The position numbers and the translations under genes were made by a program. 64,000 nt of DNA from Candidatus Bathyarchaeota archaeon (GTDB lineage: Archaea > Thermoproteota > Bathyarchaeia > Bathyarchaeales > Bathycorpusculaceae). A model generated the notes under the pieces. It was not told the origin of the DNA, searched no databases, and was given only the letters and a program-made list of their open reading frames with translations. The stretch covers positions 32,001 through 96,000 of the forward strand of contig CAVTBV010000002.1 in the NCBI GenBank assembly GCA_963733095.1. The letters are read 5' to 3'. This document shows, piece after piece, positions 9,374 to 18,826 of this stretch (positions within the stretch are counted from its first letter, which is position 1; each line of letters starts with the position of its first letter).

Positions 9374-10450
9374 ATGGAATTGCAGAAAATGACGGCACTT
9401 GTAGAATTAACCAATGTAAGTAAACGCTTCAAAGACAGATGTGCACTTGACAACATAAATCTGCAGGTTCAAGAAGGAGAAATTCTTGCTTTGCTTGGAC
9501 CTAACGGTTCAGGAAAAAGTACATTACTTAAAGTTCTTGCTCTTCTGTTGCCGTATGATGGTGGAGAAATAAAATTCCACGGTGTTAAGGTTACGGGAAA
9601 AAATTTGGAACTCTTGCGACTGCAAAGTACTCTCGTCTTCCAAAAGACGTTGCTCCTTAATACCAGCGTGTTCAACAACATAGCTTATGGACTAAAAATT
9701 AGAAAAATGCCTAAAGACAAAATAGCTCAAGAAGTTCACCGAGCCTTGAAACTTGTGAAGTTGGAAGGTTTCGAAAAGCGTCCAGCCAAAAAACTTTCAG
9801 GAGGTGAACAGCAAAGAGTGTCTATGGCAAGGGCATTAGTGCTGCAAACAAAACTGTTGCTACTTGATGAACCCACCGCAAACTTGGATCCAAAAAACGT
9901 AGCGATTATTGAAGAAGTGATTTCTGCAGTTAACCAGCAACTCAAAATAACCGTAGTCATGGCAACACATAACATGTTCCAAGCAGAAAGTTTGCCTACT
10001 CGAATAGCCCTAATAAATGAAGGGAGGATTACAGAAGTCGGTACCCCTAGGAAGGTTTTCGGTAAAATTTCAAAGAACCTTGCAAGTTTTGCTGCTGTTG
10101 ATAACACATTTAGCGGAATAGCGAAAAATTCAAGCGAGGGCATAGCAATTATTGATTTAGGTAATGAGATACTTCTTGAGGCTGCCACCGATAGATGCGG
10201 CGAAATTAAATTTTTTATAAGTCCGCATGACATAATTTTATCTAAAAAGAAAGTGATTTCCAGCGCAAGAAATGTCCTTCAAGGAAAAATTTCCTCGATA
10301 AGCGACTTAAATTCTCTCGTTAAGCTCATTGTGGATGTTGGCAAGCCGTTTACTGTTCAGATAACAAAAAAATCTTTTGCTGAAATGAGCCTAAATCTGG
10401 GGACAGAAATTTACATAACATTTAAAGCTTCAAGCGTACAAATCCTTTAG
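9374..10450 (+). CDS. tupC: Tungstate ABC transporter ATPase with C-terminal TOBE domain
   Basis: GPNGSGKST, LSGGEQQR, LLDEPT; C-terminal SARN...FKASSV TOBE. Confidence 0.88.
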   Translation: MELQKMTALVELTNVSKRFKDRCALDNINLQVQEGEILALLGPNGSGKSTLLKVLALLLPYDGGEIKFHGVKVTGKNLELLRLQSTLVFQKTLLLNTSVFNNIAYGLKIRKMPKDKIAQEVHRALKLVKLEGFEKRPAKKLSGGEQQRVSMARALVLQTKLLLLDEPTANLDPKNVAIIEEVISAVNQQLKITVVMATHNMFQAESLPTRIALINEGRITEVGTPRKVFGKISKNLASFAAVDNTFSGIAKNSSEGIAIIDLGNEILLEAATDRCGEIKFFISPHDIILSKKKVISSARNVLQGKISSISDLNSLVKLIVDVGKPFTVQITKKSFAEMSLNLGTEIYITFKASSVQIL

Positions 10451-10719
10451 AAAACTATTTGATGCTCTCGGACCAACGCAACATATTTATTTTTAGATTA
10501 CTTCTTCCAAAGTTGGTATATCTGGTTAATCAAAAAAGCTATTAATAGTTAAGTCTTCGGGTGATTTCCCCTTTAAAGAAATTTAATAATCAACCGAAAG
10601 CAACACATTTTAACCCTAAAGTCTTGAGCTTAAACCGGTCAAATCTTCAATCTCTCTAAAATGCGTGTTTAAAAATATTTTCCCAATATAGATAATTTAA
10701 ATTCTACTATGTAAGAATC

Positions 10720-10802
10720 AATCAAGTTTATTGTCAAATAATACCCAAACATTGAAATTTGCAGTTTTCAATCTAAGATTGGGCTATGAGAAAATCGAGG
10801 TA
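10720..10802 (+). repeat. Composite site (inverted arm, spacer, right arm), attR candidate; homologous to 20964-21029
   Basis: TTTATTGTCAAATA 10727-40; ATTGGGCTATGAGAAAATCGAGGTA 10778-10802. Confidence 0.65.
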
Positions 10803-11103
10803 CGATGAAGCTGAAAGTGGGGAATAAAAACGCTGGAGGCTTGTGAATACTTTTTCCGCTATTGAGCCCAAAACTAATAATTTCATCACTATATTGTTAG
10901 TGTATCGAGGTACGATGAAGCTGAAAGTGGGGAATAAAAACGCTGGAGGCTTGTGAATACTTTTTCCGCTATTGAGCCCAAAACTAATAATTTCATCACT
11001 ATATTGTTAGTGTATCGAGGTACGATGAAGCGGAAGGCGGGGAATTAGTGCTGGACGCTTGTGAATACTTTTTCCGCTATTGAGTCCACAACTAAGAAAT
11101 TTC
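10794..11103 (+). repeat. 110-bp tandem repeat: two identical copies plus one diverged partial copy
   Basis: ATCGAGGTACGATGAAGC begins at 10794, 10904 and 11014. Confidence 0.92.
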
Positions 11104-11221
11104 TTAACATTTTACAGATTATCCAGGCAAAAAGTGTCGGGCGGAGAATGATTTGAACCCTGTCCAGAGTTGAGATTTAACCCAACCCAACTTTTTTTTC
11201 AATATTATTTGTTTTAAATAA

Positions 11222-11443
11222 TTGAAGCCTTATAGATATTATGGGGATATGTGTTGGAAGTACAACGGGAGTGCTTCAGAGTTCCCCAATCAATGCAATG
11301 GTTGTCCGGAATATCGGGAATCTTGGCAAGACAATACTGAGCAGCTCATTATGTTGACCGGAATGACTTTTGCTTATCCGCAACAACTGAAAAAACTCGT
11401 TAAAGAGTGCAAAGTGTTCCACAAGCGTGTGGTTGAGTACTAA
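11222..11443 (+). CDS. Small hypothetical Cys-containing protein
   Basis: 73-aa ORF with C...CNGC...C pattern, preceded by TTTTAAATA. Confidence 0.4.
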   Translation: MKPYRYYGDMCWKYNGSASEFPNQCNGCPEYRESWQDNTEQLIMLTGMTFAYPQQLKKLVKECKVFHKRVVEY

Positions 11444-11721
11444 AAGTAAGTTGCTGTTTATCACCGAAAAATTCTGCCCTAAAATAAATCCCAGCCAAGA
11501 AATGGGGAAACTTGGGTTCTTTTCAGTTCTCACTCTACTTCTTGCATTATTCCAAGCTATAGCTTGAAACTTACAGGTTGATACTTATCTTGCCTGGGAA
11601 TCGAAATGAACCATATGTGATTCATTTCAGAACTCTAACTGACCTATTGTTCTGAGCAAGGCACCAATAACTACTTTAGCGTTAGTATAGGCCTTGTCGA
11701 AAGAAAAAAAAATGCAATTAC

Positions 11722-12177
11722 TCACCAAGCTCCTTCTGTTCCATGTATCTCAAAATGCCCAATACCCGATGCGTAAGGTTTGAATGTAAATGTCATCTGT
11801 ACAGAGTTGTACGTACCATTATTGGATAATGAGTAACGATCCGGACTTTGTTCGTAGTATTTCCAGATTAGTGAGATGTTTCCCCACAATAAGTCGGTTG
11901 GAATAGTTATTTTAAATAACACAGTTTTTTCACACGATCCAAAGAAGTCAACCGAAACATACTTCAAATTAGTCAAGGATGAGTTAGATAAGTCAACCTT
12001 CGGCGCAGAATTCCAGTTGGTTACAATAGTTATAATGTAGATTTTCTCTCCAACTGAAATAGGGTAAGTGTATGATTTGCTACCTGCTATTTCAAACCAT
12101 AGAAGCCCAGCTACCAATGATGAAATTAGGATTACTGCTATAACGGTTATCTTTAATGTCCTTCTCTTCATAAGCAT
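11722..12177 (-). CDS. Hypothetical membrane-anchored secreted protein
   Basis: N-terminal basic residues plus TM helix; beta-rich ectodomain. Confidence 0.65.
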   Translation of the reverse strand: MLMKRRTLKITVIAVILISSLVAGLLWFEIAGSKSYTYPISVGEKIYIITIVTNWNSAPKVDLSNSSLTNLKYVSVDFFGSCEKTVLFKITIPTDLLWGNISLIWKYYEQSPDRYSLSNNGTYNSVQMTFTFKPYASGIGHFEIHGTEGAW

Positions 12178-12282
12178 CCATTAGTTTATAAATAGCATGT
12201 AAAATCAGGGTGGATTTAATTTAAAAAATTAAGAAATATTAGGTTATGGTTGGGAGGGAAAGAAAGAGGGGGTTAGCTCTTT

Positions 12283-12507
12283 TTAGTAGGGCTCTTTCTT
12301 GCCGGTCATGTATGCCCATGCGCCGACGATTGCGACGGTTAGGACTGCACCTGCAAATCCCGCAACCATGAAGCTTGTTAAGCTGGCAAGTGATGGCAAT
12401 ACTATGATGAGCCAGGGAATAAAGTATGTTGCTGTGACTTGTGCGATGACGCCTGCTACGAAGCCTAAAAGAGCTATTAAACCGAATACTTTTAATCTGC
12501 TATTCAT
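12283..12507 (-). CDS. Small two-TM membrane protein
   Basis: GGTGA RBS, two hydrophobic helices; divergent from cdv operon. Confidence 0.7.
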   Translation of the reverse strand: MNSRLKVFGLIALLGFVAGVIAQVTATYFIPWLIIVLPSLASLTSFMVAGFAGAVLTVAIVGAWAYMTGKKEPY

Positions 12508-12733
12508 TCATTTCACCTTTTTATTTTAGGAGTTAGTTGGCGCTTCTTTTTAGTCTAACTTACACGTTTCTGTCTAATCTTGTGTGTGCCGCTATCTTGT
12601 TTAACGTTTCTAGTTAAAGGGTTAGCGCAATTTTGCCATGACGTATAGCTGTACATATATACGTGCATATTTCCATCATATTAACAATGTATAAGATTAT
12701 TTTCTGCATCTTGTGCTTGCAGAGGTAATCAAA

Positions 12734-13393
12734 TTGTCAGAAAGATTCGCTAAAAAGTGGGAAAGTAAACGGGACGATGAGCCCTTCGCAAACCGCATTA
12801 AAGACGCAGTTAAACCACCAGGACCACTAAAACCGCGCCTTGACTTCGCCGTCAGACGCATAGAGCTTCAAGTACAGAAGCTAGACCAAGCAACAGACCG
12901 TTTTGGCCAAAGAGACAAAGCAATTTTCGCAAGAATCGTCGATGCTTACACCAAACACGACAGTGCACGCGCAAACGTATTCGCAAACGAGCTAGCTGAA
13001 GTTAGGAAAATGTCAAAGTTAATTATGAACGCTAAACTTGCTCTCGAGCAAATCACTTTAAGATTACGAACAGTATCCGAACTAGGCGACGTTGTTTCAA
13101 CTCTCGGGCCAGCCGTGGGTGTTCTACGCTCAGTCAAAGCAGGCTTAGTCAGCGTATTTCCAGAAGCAGAAAGTGAACTAGGCGAAATCGGCAATATGCT
13201 AAGCGGAATCATGATTGAAGCAGGCCAAGGAAGCGGAATGACACTTAACTTCGATACAGTCAACGAGGACGCATCAAAGATTCTAACAGAAGCAGCCACA
13301 GTTGCAGAACAAAAGATCAAAGACAAGTTCCCAGATCTGCCCCCCGGAATGCCATCATCCCCAGCTTCTCAAGCAGAGAAAACAACATTCTAA
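12734..13393 (+). CDS. cdvB: ESCRT-III/Snf7 (CdvB-family) protein
   Basis: Snf7 core (ANELAEVRK...LALEQITLRLRTVSELGDV...ILTEA); likely TTG start 12734 after GAGGT. Confidence 0.9.
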   Translation: MSERFAKKWESKRDDEPFANRIKDAVKPPGPLKPRLDFAVRRIELQVQKLDQATDRFGQRDKAIFARIVDAYTKHDSARANVFANELAEVRKMSKLIMNAKLALEQITLRLRTVSELGDVVSTLGPAVGVLRSVKAGLVSVFPEAESELGEIGNMLSGIMIEAGQGSGMTLNFDTVNEDASKILTEAATVAEQKIKDKFPDLPPGMPSSPASQAEKTTF

Positions 13394-13415
13394 AAGAGGA
13401 GGATAAAACACAAAA

Positions 13416-14132
13416 ATGTCTAACTCCAATCTTTTTCTTTCTATTGGTAAGCCAATAAAGAATGAATATGGACGAATAATTGGTAAAGTTGCCTCTTTTG
13501 CATTAACTCCAAACGGAAAATTCGAAGCCGTATACGTAGAGTTTGGCGATGGCCAATTCACAAAGCAACCCATGGAAAGCCTGCGGTTTAACGGCGCCGA
13601 AGTCACATTCATTTCCAAAATCAAAAACCAAGCCAGCGTACTTTGCGACCACATCCCCTTAATCTGGCGCAAAGACGAAGCCTTAAAAGACCTAGTAGAC
13701 AAAAAGAAAATCACATCTGATGTCTACCAAGACCTCCACAACAGCTTCACAAGCGTATTAACCCAACTTAAAAAAGACGCCCAAATCATCATCGACGAGT
13801 CCTCAGTAGAAATAGACCGTTGCGCAGAAGAAATAACCTCCCTAAGCTACGCCATCGCAAACCTAGAAATTGAACATGAAATTGGAAAAATCGACGATGA
13901 AAACTACCGCCAAGCATTCGCACTACTCCAAGAAACCCTCAGACGCGCAACCACAGAAAAAACTGACTTCGAACTCACAAAAAGCAAACTCTCAAGTGTT
14001 CTGTTAGGCGACCAATCACAGAATCAGGTGAAAACCAACAAAGTCTACGCTGAACAAGTATCTAACGCTACAAAGCTCCCCGAGCCCCCAGTGGTTGTTT
14101 ACGTTAAAGAAATAGGAAAAGCTGGAATTTAA
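13416..14132 (+). CDS. cdvA: CdvA-like cell division protein
   Basis: N-terminal PRC-barrel-like IGKPIKNEYGRIIGKV, coiled coil with EHEIGKIDDENY, C-terminal PVVVYV ESCRT-III-binding-like peptide; operon context. Confidence 0.82.
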   Translation: MSNSNLFLSIGKPIKNEYGRIIGKVASFALTPNGKFEAVYVEFGDGQFTKQPMESLRFNGAEVTFISKIKNQASVLCDHIPLIWRKDEALKDLVDKKKITSDVYQDLHNSFTSVLTQLKKDAQIIIDESSVEIDRCAEEITSLSYAIANLEIEHEIGKIDDENYRQAFALLQETLRRATTEKTDFELTKSKLSSVLLGDQSQNQVKTNKVYAEQVSNATKLPEPPVVVYVKEIGKAGI

Positions 14133-14174
14133 TCAGTCTAAACTGTGAAGTGTATAGGTGTGGAGGGCTAAAAA

Positions 14175-15080
14175 ATCAAAAGCTTCACTAACCCAACCCC
14201 TCCCCCTATACGTGAAGTTGCAACAAAATCTATTTGTACCTTAAAAGTCCAGCAGAACAAGCTGGAACAGGCGAGTTTTCGCTTAAAGGAGCGAGACCGC
14301 ACTCTTTTTGAAACCTGCATGTTTGCTTTGAAGAAGAATAACAAAGAAAAAGCCGCAATGTGCGCCACAGAGATTGCGGAAGTTCGAAAACTTGTAAAAT
14401 TTCTCTACAACGTCCAACTAGCAATTGAACGTGTGGTTTTGCGCCTTGAAACCATAAAGGAACTCGGCGATATCGTTGCGGACCTCAAACCCGCGTTAAA
14501 GCTGCTTCAAGGTGTTTCTCAAGAGCTATTCCAAGTATTGCCTGATGTTAGCTCAGAACTAAATACTGTTAACCAAACTATCCAAGATACTCTTCACGCC
14601 ACCAAGCTGACTGCCGATGAGTCGGTTATTCCAGTTGGCAAGAAGACAGAGGCTGGAGAAGAAATCCTAAAAGAAGTCTCCTGTTTTATGGAGCAGAAAC
14701 TGACTGAGACGCTTCCTGAACCGCCTGTAACTGAGTCTGTACAGAAACCAGTGAAGGAGAAAACCCCGATAAGAGAGCTGGTTGCTCTAACCGCGAGTTC
14801 TTCACAGGTATTCTCGAAGAAAACCGTGGAAGAAACCGGTTTTGACCCTGAGAAAACTCTGTTAACCTACAGGAAATCTGAAGTTAAAGAGTTCTCACTT
14901 AAAGTCGAGAAACCCTGTTTGGAAGATGTGTTGATGGAGTATGTTCGTAAAACTAATGGCGAAATTGATTTAAGTCAATGTAGCAATGAACTTCAGACTT
15001 CAAACGAAGAGATTGAACGTGCCCTTGAGAATTTGGGAACCAAAGGCAAAATAAAGATTGAGTTACGTTCGCCTGAATAA
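14175..15080 (+). CDS. cdvB: ESCRT-III/Snf7 (CdvB) protein with C-terminal winged-helix domain
   Basis: Snf7 core; C-terminal LMEYVRKTNGEIDL...IERALENLGTKGKIKI wH; frame open and homologous from 14172 though first ATG is 14319. Confidence 0.85.
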   Translation: MKSFTNPTPPPIREVATKSICTLKVQQNKLEQASFRLKERDRTLFETCMFALKKNNKEKAAMCATEIAEVRKLVKFLYNVQLAIERVVLRLETIKELGDIVADLKPALKLLQGVSQELFQVLPDVSSELNTVNQTIQDTLHATKLTADESVIPVGKKTEAGEEILKEVSCFMEQKLTETLPEPPVTESVQKPVKEKTPIRELVALTASSSQVFSKKTVEETGFDPEKTLLTYRKSEVKEFSLKVEKPCLEDVLMEYVRKTNGEIDLSQCSNELQTSNEEIERALENLGTKGKIKIELRSPE

Positions 15081-15100
15081 GAGAAGGAGAGAGAAAATCG

Positions 15101-16291
15101 ATGAGTGCATCAAACGAACTTGAAAGATCAGCAACAGCTTATGCCCTAGACGCTGTACGCTTGGATAAGCAAGGGCAAAAAGGAAGAGCCATTACCCTCT
15201 ATCAAAAAGCAATAGAAAGCCTCCTGCAACTTGTGCAGCTATACCCCGAGTACGGCTTAAACAAAGTCTACGTGCAACGGGCAATAGCGTATCAAGAGCG
15301 GATTAAAGCGCTTCAGGGAACAGTTTCATCTATTGAAATGAATGAAGCAGCTAACAGCAATGAGGGCGGAGGTGGAGCAACCATGGAGGGAAATGGAAAC
15401 GGCAATGGCACGGGTGGAAAACCAAATGAGGAGCTTGTAATGACGGAGAAGCCGAAGGTTAGTTGGGCCGAAGTAGTTGGGTTGGATACCGCAAAGAAAG
15501 CAGTTAAAGAAGCCATAGTTTACCCTGTGCAACGCCCCGATCTGTTCCCGCTCGGGTGGCCTCGCGGCATCTTGCTGTTTGGTCCGCCTGGATGCGGCAA
15601 AACCCTGCTGGCGGCAGCGGTTGCTACAGAAATTGATGCGAACTTTTACAGTATAGACGCTGCTTCGATTATGTCAAAGTGGCTTGGGGAAGCTGAACAG
15701 AACGTTGCAAAACTGTTCGGGTCAGCACGCAAGTCAGCGACAGATGGTAAACCCGCAATTGTCTTCGTTGACGAGTTGGATTCACTTATGGGTAATCACT
15801 CAAACGAGGTCGGCGGTGAAATCCGCGTTAAAAACCAGTTCCTAAAAGAGATGGATGGAATAGTCGACAAAGGCAAAGCATTGCATGTTTACGTGATTGG
15901 CGCAACAAACAAACCGTGGGATTTGGACTGGGCATTTATCAGAAGGTTCCAGAAACGTATTTTGGTTCCGTTAGCAGACCATAAGACACGGCTGAACATG
16001 TTGAAGCTTTATTCGAGTAACCTGCAAATTGATTCAAACGTGGACTTGCAAGAGTTAGCGCGTCTTGCAGAAGGTTTCTCAGGTAGCGACATACGCGACG
16101 TGTGCCAATCGGCGCAGTTGAGCTTAATCGGGGAATTCTTCGAGTCAGGCCAAGCGATGAATAAAGAAGCCAAACCGCGCGCTTTAACGATGGCTGATTT
16201 CCGGCAAATCTTCGAGGAACGCAAACCATCAGTCTCCCTCGACATGCTCTCGCAATACAACCGATGGTTCGAAGCATTTAAAGCACTATAG
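15101..16291 (+). CDS. cdvC: Vps4/CdvC AAA+ ATPase with MIT domain
   Basis: MIT (AVRLDKQG...AITLYQKAIE), GPPGCGKT, IVFVDELD, ATNKPWDLD, RRFQKR. Confidence 0.93.
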   Translation: MSASNELERSATAYALDAVRLDKQGQKGRAITLYQKAIESLLQLVQLYPEYGLNKVYVQRAIAYQERIKALQGTVSSIEMNEAANSNEGGGGATMEGNGNGNGTGGKPNEELVMTEKPKVSWAEVVGLDTAKKAVKEAIVYPVQRPDLFPLGWPRGILLFGPPGCGKTLLAAAVATEIDANFYSIDAASIMSKWLGEAEQNVAKLFGSARKSATDGKPAIVFVDELDSLMGNHSNEVGGEIRVKNQFLKEMDGIVDKGKALHVYVIGATNKPWDLDWAFIRRFQKRILVPLADHKTRLNMLKLYSSNLQIDSNVDLQELARLAEGFSGSDIRDVCQSAQLSLIGEFFESGQAMNKEAKPRALTMADFRQIFEERKPSVSLDMLSQYNRWFEAFKAL

Positions 16292-16731
16292 GAGGAAAAA
16301 AGAAAAGAAACCGTAAATGGATGGGTAATGTGGAAAGGCTTGGAGAACATTAATTTTTAATCGCTCTCCCTTCTCCCCCTCAAACAATATCTCTAAACCC
16401 CACAAAACAACCCATCCCAAAACATTTTCCTCCGCTCTTTTTTCAGCTTAAGCACTGATTTTCAGCATGTTAATGCACTTGTTTTTAGTTAAACCGACCC
16501 TATCCCTCTTAGAGATAGACCCCTCAATAGTTTCTGCAAAGAAAAAATATTTGGATCTTGATAAGTCCCTAATATGAACACCAAAGCCTTCTGTCTTGCT
16601 TCAAAAACCCCCTAAAATCAGAGCCTAACAACAGCGACGCAAAAAGCAAGACCGTAAAGAAAAATCAAAACTTCCACAACGAAAATTTAAATCCAAGCTT
16701 AACCTATTCGCTAAAAGGTTGACAATTAGCA

Positions 16732-17283
16732 ATGAACTTTTGGAAAGACCTCCCAGCAGGAGATAATCCCCCTGAACTTCTAAATATGGTCATTGAAGTT
16801 ATAAGTGGCTCTCGAGATAAGTATGAGTACAACCTAAAATGGGAAGCCTTCGAACTGGACAGAATTATTCCTTCATCGGTAGTTTTCCCTGTTGAATACG
16901 GGTTTGTTCCTCAGACATGGTTTGACGATGATGACCCCTTAGATATTATGGTTATCAGCCACGCGCCCCTCACGGTAGGTTGCATAGTTAAGGTCTTTGT
17001 CATAGGCGCTCTGATAATCGAAGACGAAGGAGGCTTAGATGCGAAGATTCTTTCTGTGTTAGTCAACGATGCTCGGTCCGAAGGTTACCGCAACATAACC
17101 GACATTCACAGGCACAGATTAATAGAGATTCAAGAGTTCTTTGAAACTTACAAAAGGCTTGAACCCCACAAGTGGGTAAAGGTTAGAGCTTGGAAAAACG
17201 CTGAGGAAGCCTGGGAAATCGTAAGGTATGCCATGGAAAAGTACCGTGAACTAAACGAAAAGCCACCTGCAAACCATAAATGA
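16732..17283 (+). CDS. ppa: Family I inorganic pyrophosphatase
   Basis: KYEY, LDR, YGFVPQT, DDDPLD, FFETYK motifs. Confidence 0.93.
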   Translation: MNFWKDLPAGDNPPELLNMVIEVISGSRDKYEYNLKWEAFELDRIIPSSVVFPVEYGFVPQTWFDDDDPLDIMVISHAPLTVGCIVKVFVIGALIIEDEGGLDAKILSVLVNDARSEGYRNITDIHRHRLIEIQEFFETYKRLEPHKWVKVRAWKNAEEAWEIVRYAMEKYRELNEKPPANHK

Positions 17284-17367
17284 ACATTTTTGTGTTTCAC
17301 CTTTTTTTTAAGATACCTTCAAATCACTCTTTTGTTCGTACTATGCCGAACCATGTTCTTAACTTAG

Positions 17368-17655
17368 CTTTTTCTTTTTTTAGCTGAGCGCGCTGGAAAT
17401 GAAGTCCACTTCTACCTAAACGGCGTTGAACCATTATTCGTTACAGGCTTAACTTACGACAACAACACAAGCATTGATCATGTTTTGGTAAGAGGTGGAA
17501 TAACGCTTATAGAGCAATTTCGTGATACTGGTGCAAGCGAAGCTACTTCAACTGAATATATCGGACCCGTACAGCCTTCAATGGCCGACGCACTATATTT
17601 GACTCCTCAATTAGCGGAAAAACCGCTGAAACCAGCTGGTTTACCAAATACATAG
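17368..17655 (+). pseudogene. Start-less gene fragment
   Basis: Stop-free frame of about 95 codons (AGNEVHFYLNGVEPLFVTG...KPAGLPNT*) with no 5' start codon. Confidence 0.35.
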
Positions 17656-18160
17656 TTAATTATCCTTTTTTATTTTTTTTGCGAAATTTTTTGTCTTTTT
17701 ACCTGGCTTGTATCTTTTCTTAGTCCAAAACGTTTCCGCATTCATTTTGCATTATTTCTATTCTTCCCCTTTCTTTTCACTCGTTTGAGGTGGGTTCATG
17801 GGGCGATTTTAGTTGTTTTCGTATAATCAGAAAGAGCGCTGAACGGACTGCAGCGGCTATTGCTACGGTTGTGCCGATGATGAGTTACGCTTTCGAGGCA
17901 AGCATGGAGGTTTCCAGAAACGGAAGTGAGCCGATAAGGCTGAATAATGCACAGCTGATCCAGCTAACGATATGCCTATCGACAACAAAATAGTGTCGAC
18001 TATGCCTAACTATGAGAAGCTTTTTGATGCGTTTCTTTGGGGCTGTTTCCGCTTCATTCGCGTATTCTTTGATTGTCGCTTTAATTTCATTTAGGATTGG
18101 GGATTATTTCTCTAAGGGACATTTTATCGATATCTTGTTTTGTCTTCACTTGGGTTATTT

Positions 18161-18760
18161 TTAGGGTGCGCTTTTCATTTCTTCCCTAAACGTTTCTTCG
18201 AGCATCTTTTTGTTTATGCCAATTTCCTCTGCTAGACGTTTAACTTGTTTTACGTAGGTGCGGAAGAGGCTTTGGAGGATATCGGCTTTTTCTGTTTCGT
18301 TAAGTTCTTTTTCTTGAGCCATGAGTAGGGCGAACCATTTACCCAGGTTGGTAAGTTGGTAGGTTTTGATCCAGATGGTGCGACCTTCTTTTTCGTTTTT
18401 TTCCATGGATTCATTTAGGACGCCCAGTGCGGTTAGGGTTTTGAGGTTTCCTATGATAGTTTTGTTGCTGTAGTTGAGAGTGTTAACCAGATCTTTTTGG
18501 TAGATGTTCTTGGCGATGCCTTGTTTTAGGCTGAAGCGAAGTATGTCGACGCCTGCTTTGCTGCCGAAGATCGCGGAAAGGATTTTATCTTTTTTTTCTG
18601 TCTTTGGAAGAAATACTACATAGGGATGTAACTTCTCGATCAATGCGCATCCATCTACTTTCTTATCCGCCGACTTTACATTTAAAAATATCCCCCAACC
18701 TCTATACGCCATATAGAATTCGCTGTTGCTCCACATTAAAATCCGTGAATTTAGGCTCAA
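18161..18760 (-). CDS. Winged-HTH domain protein (true start probably downstream)
   Basis: IYQKDLVNTLNYSNKTIIGNLKTLTALGVL...YQLTNLGK. Confidence 0.75.
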   Translation of the reverse strand: MSLNSRILMWSNSEFYMAYRGWGIFLNVKSADKKVDGCALIEKLHPYVVFLPKTEKKDKILSAIFGSKAGVDILRFSLKQGIAKNIYQKDLVNTLNYSNKTIIGNLKTLTALGVLNESMEKNEKEGRTIWIKTYQLTNLGKWFALLMAQEKELNETEKADILQSLFRTYVKQVKRLAEEIGINKKMLEETFREEMKSAP

Positions 18761-18826
18761 TTTTGAAAAAGTGTTTTATACCACAACAACACTCTGAAAA
18801 GTCCACAGAAGACAGAGGGCAATTAC

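Larger units (their letters stand above)
4711..10802. mobile_element. Putative integrated element carrying integrase and tungstate ABC transporter
   Basis: Perfect 17-bp direct repeats at both ends; tyrosine recombinase immediately inside left end. Confidence 0.6.

Noticed and set aside
10794-11103. Possible CRISPR array
   Set aside because: Whole 110-bp units are duplicated with no unique spacers, and no cas genes are in the window.
16549-16564. ATTTGGATCTTGATAA as a further member of the recombination-site family
   Set aside because: Too many mismatches and no paired inverted arm seen.
17790-18060. ORF 17790-17993 or a minus-strand membrane protein relic
   Set aside because: No coherent frame or motif; too degraded to call.
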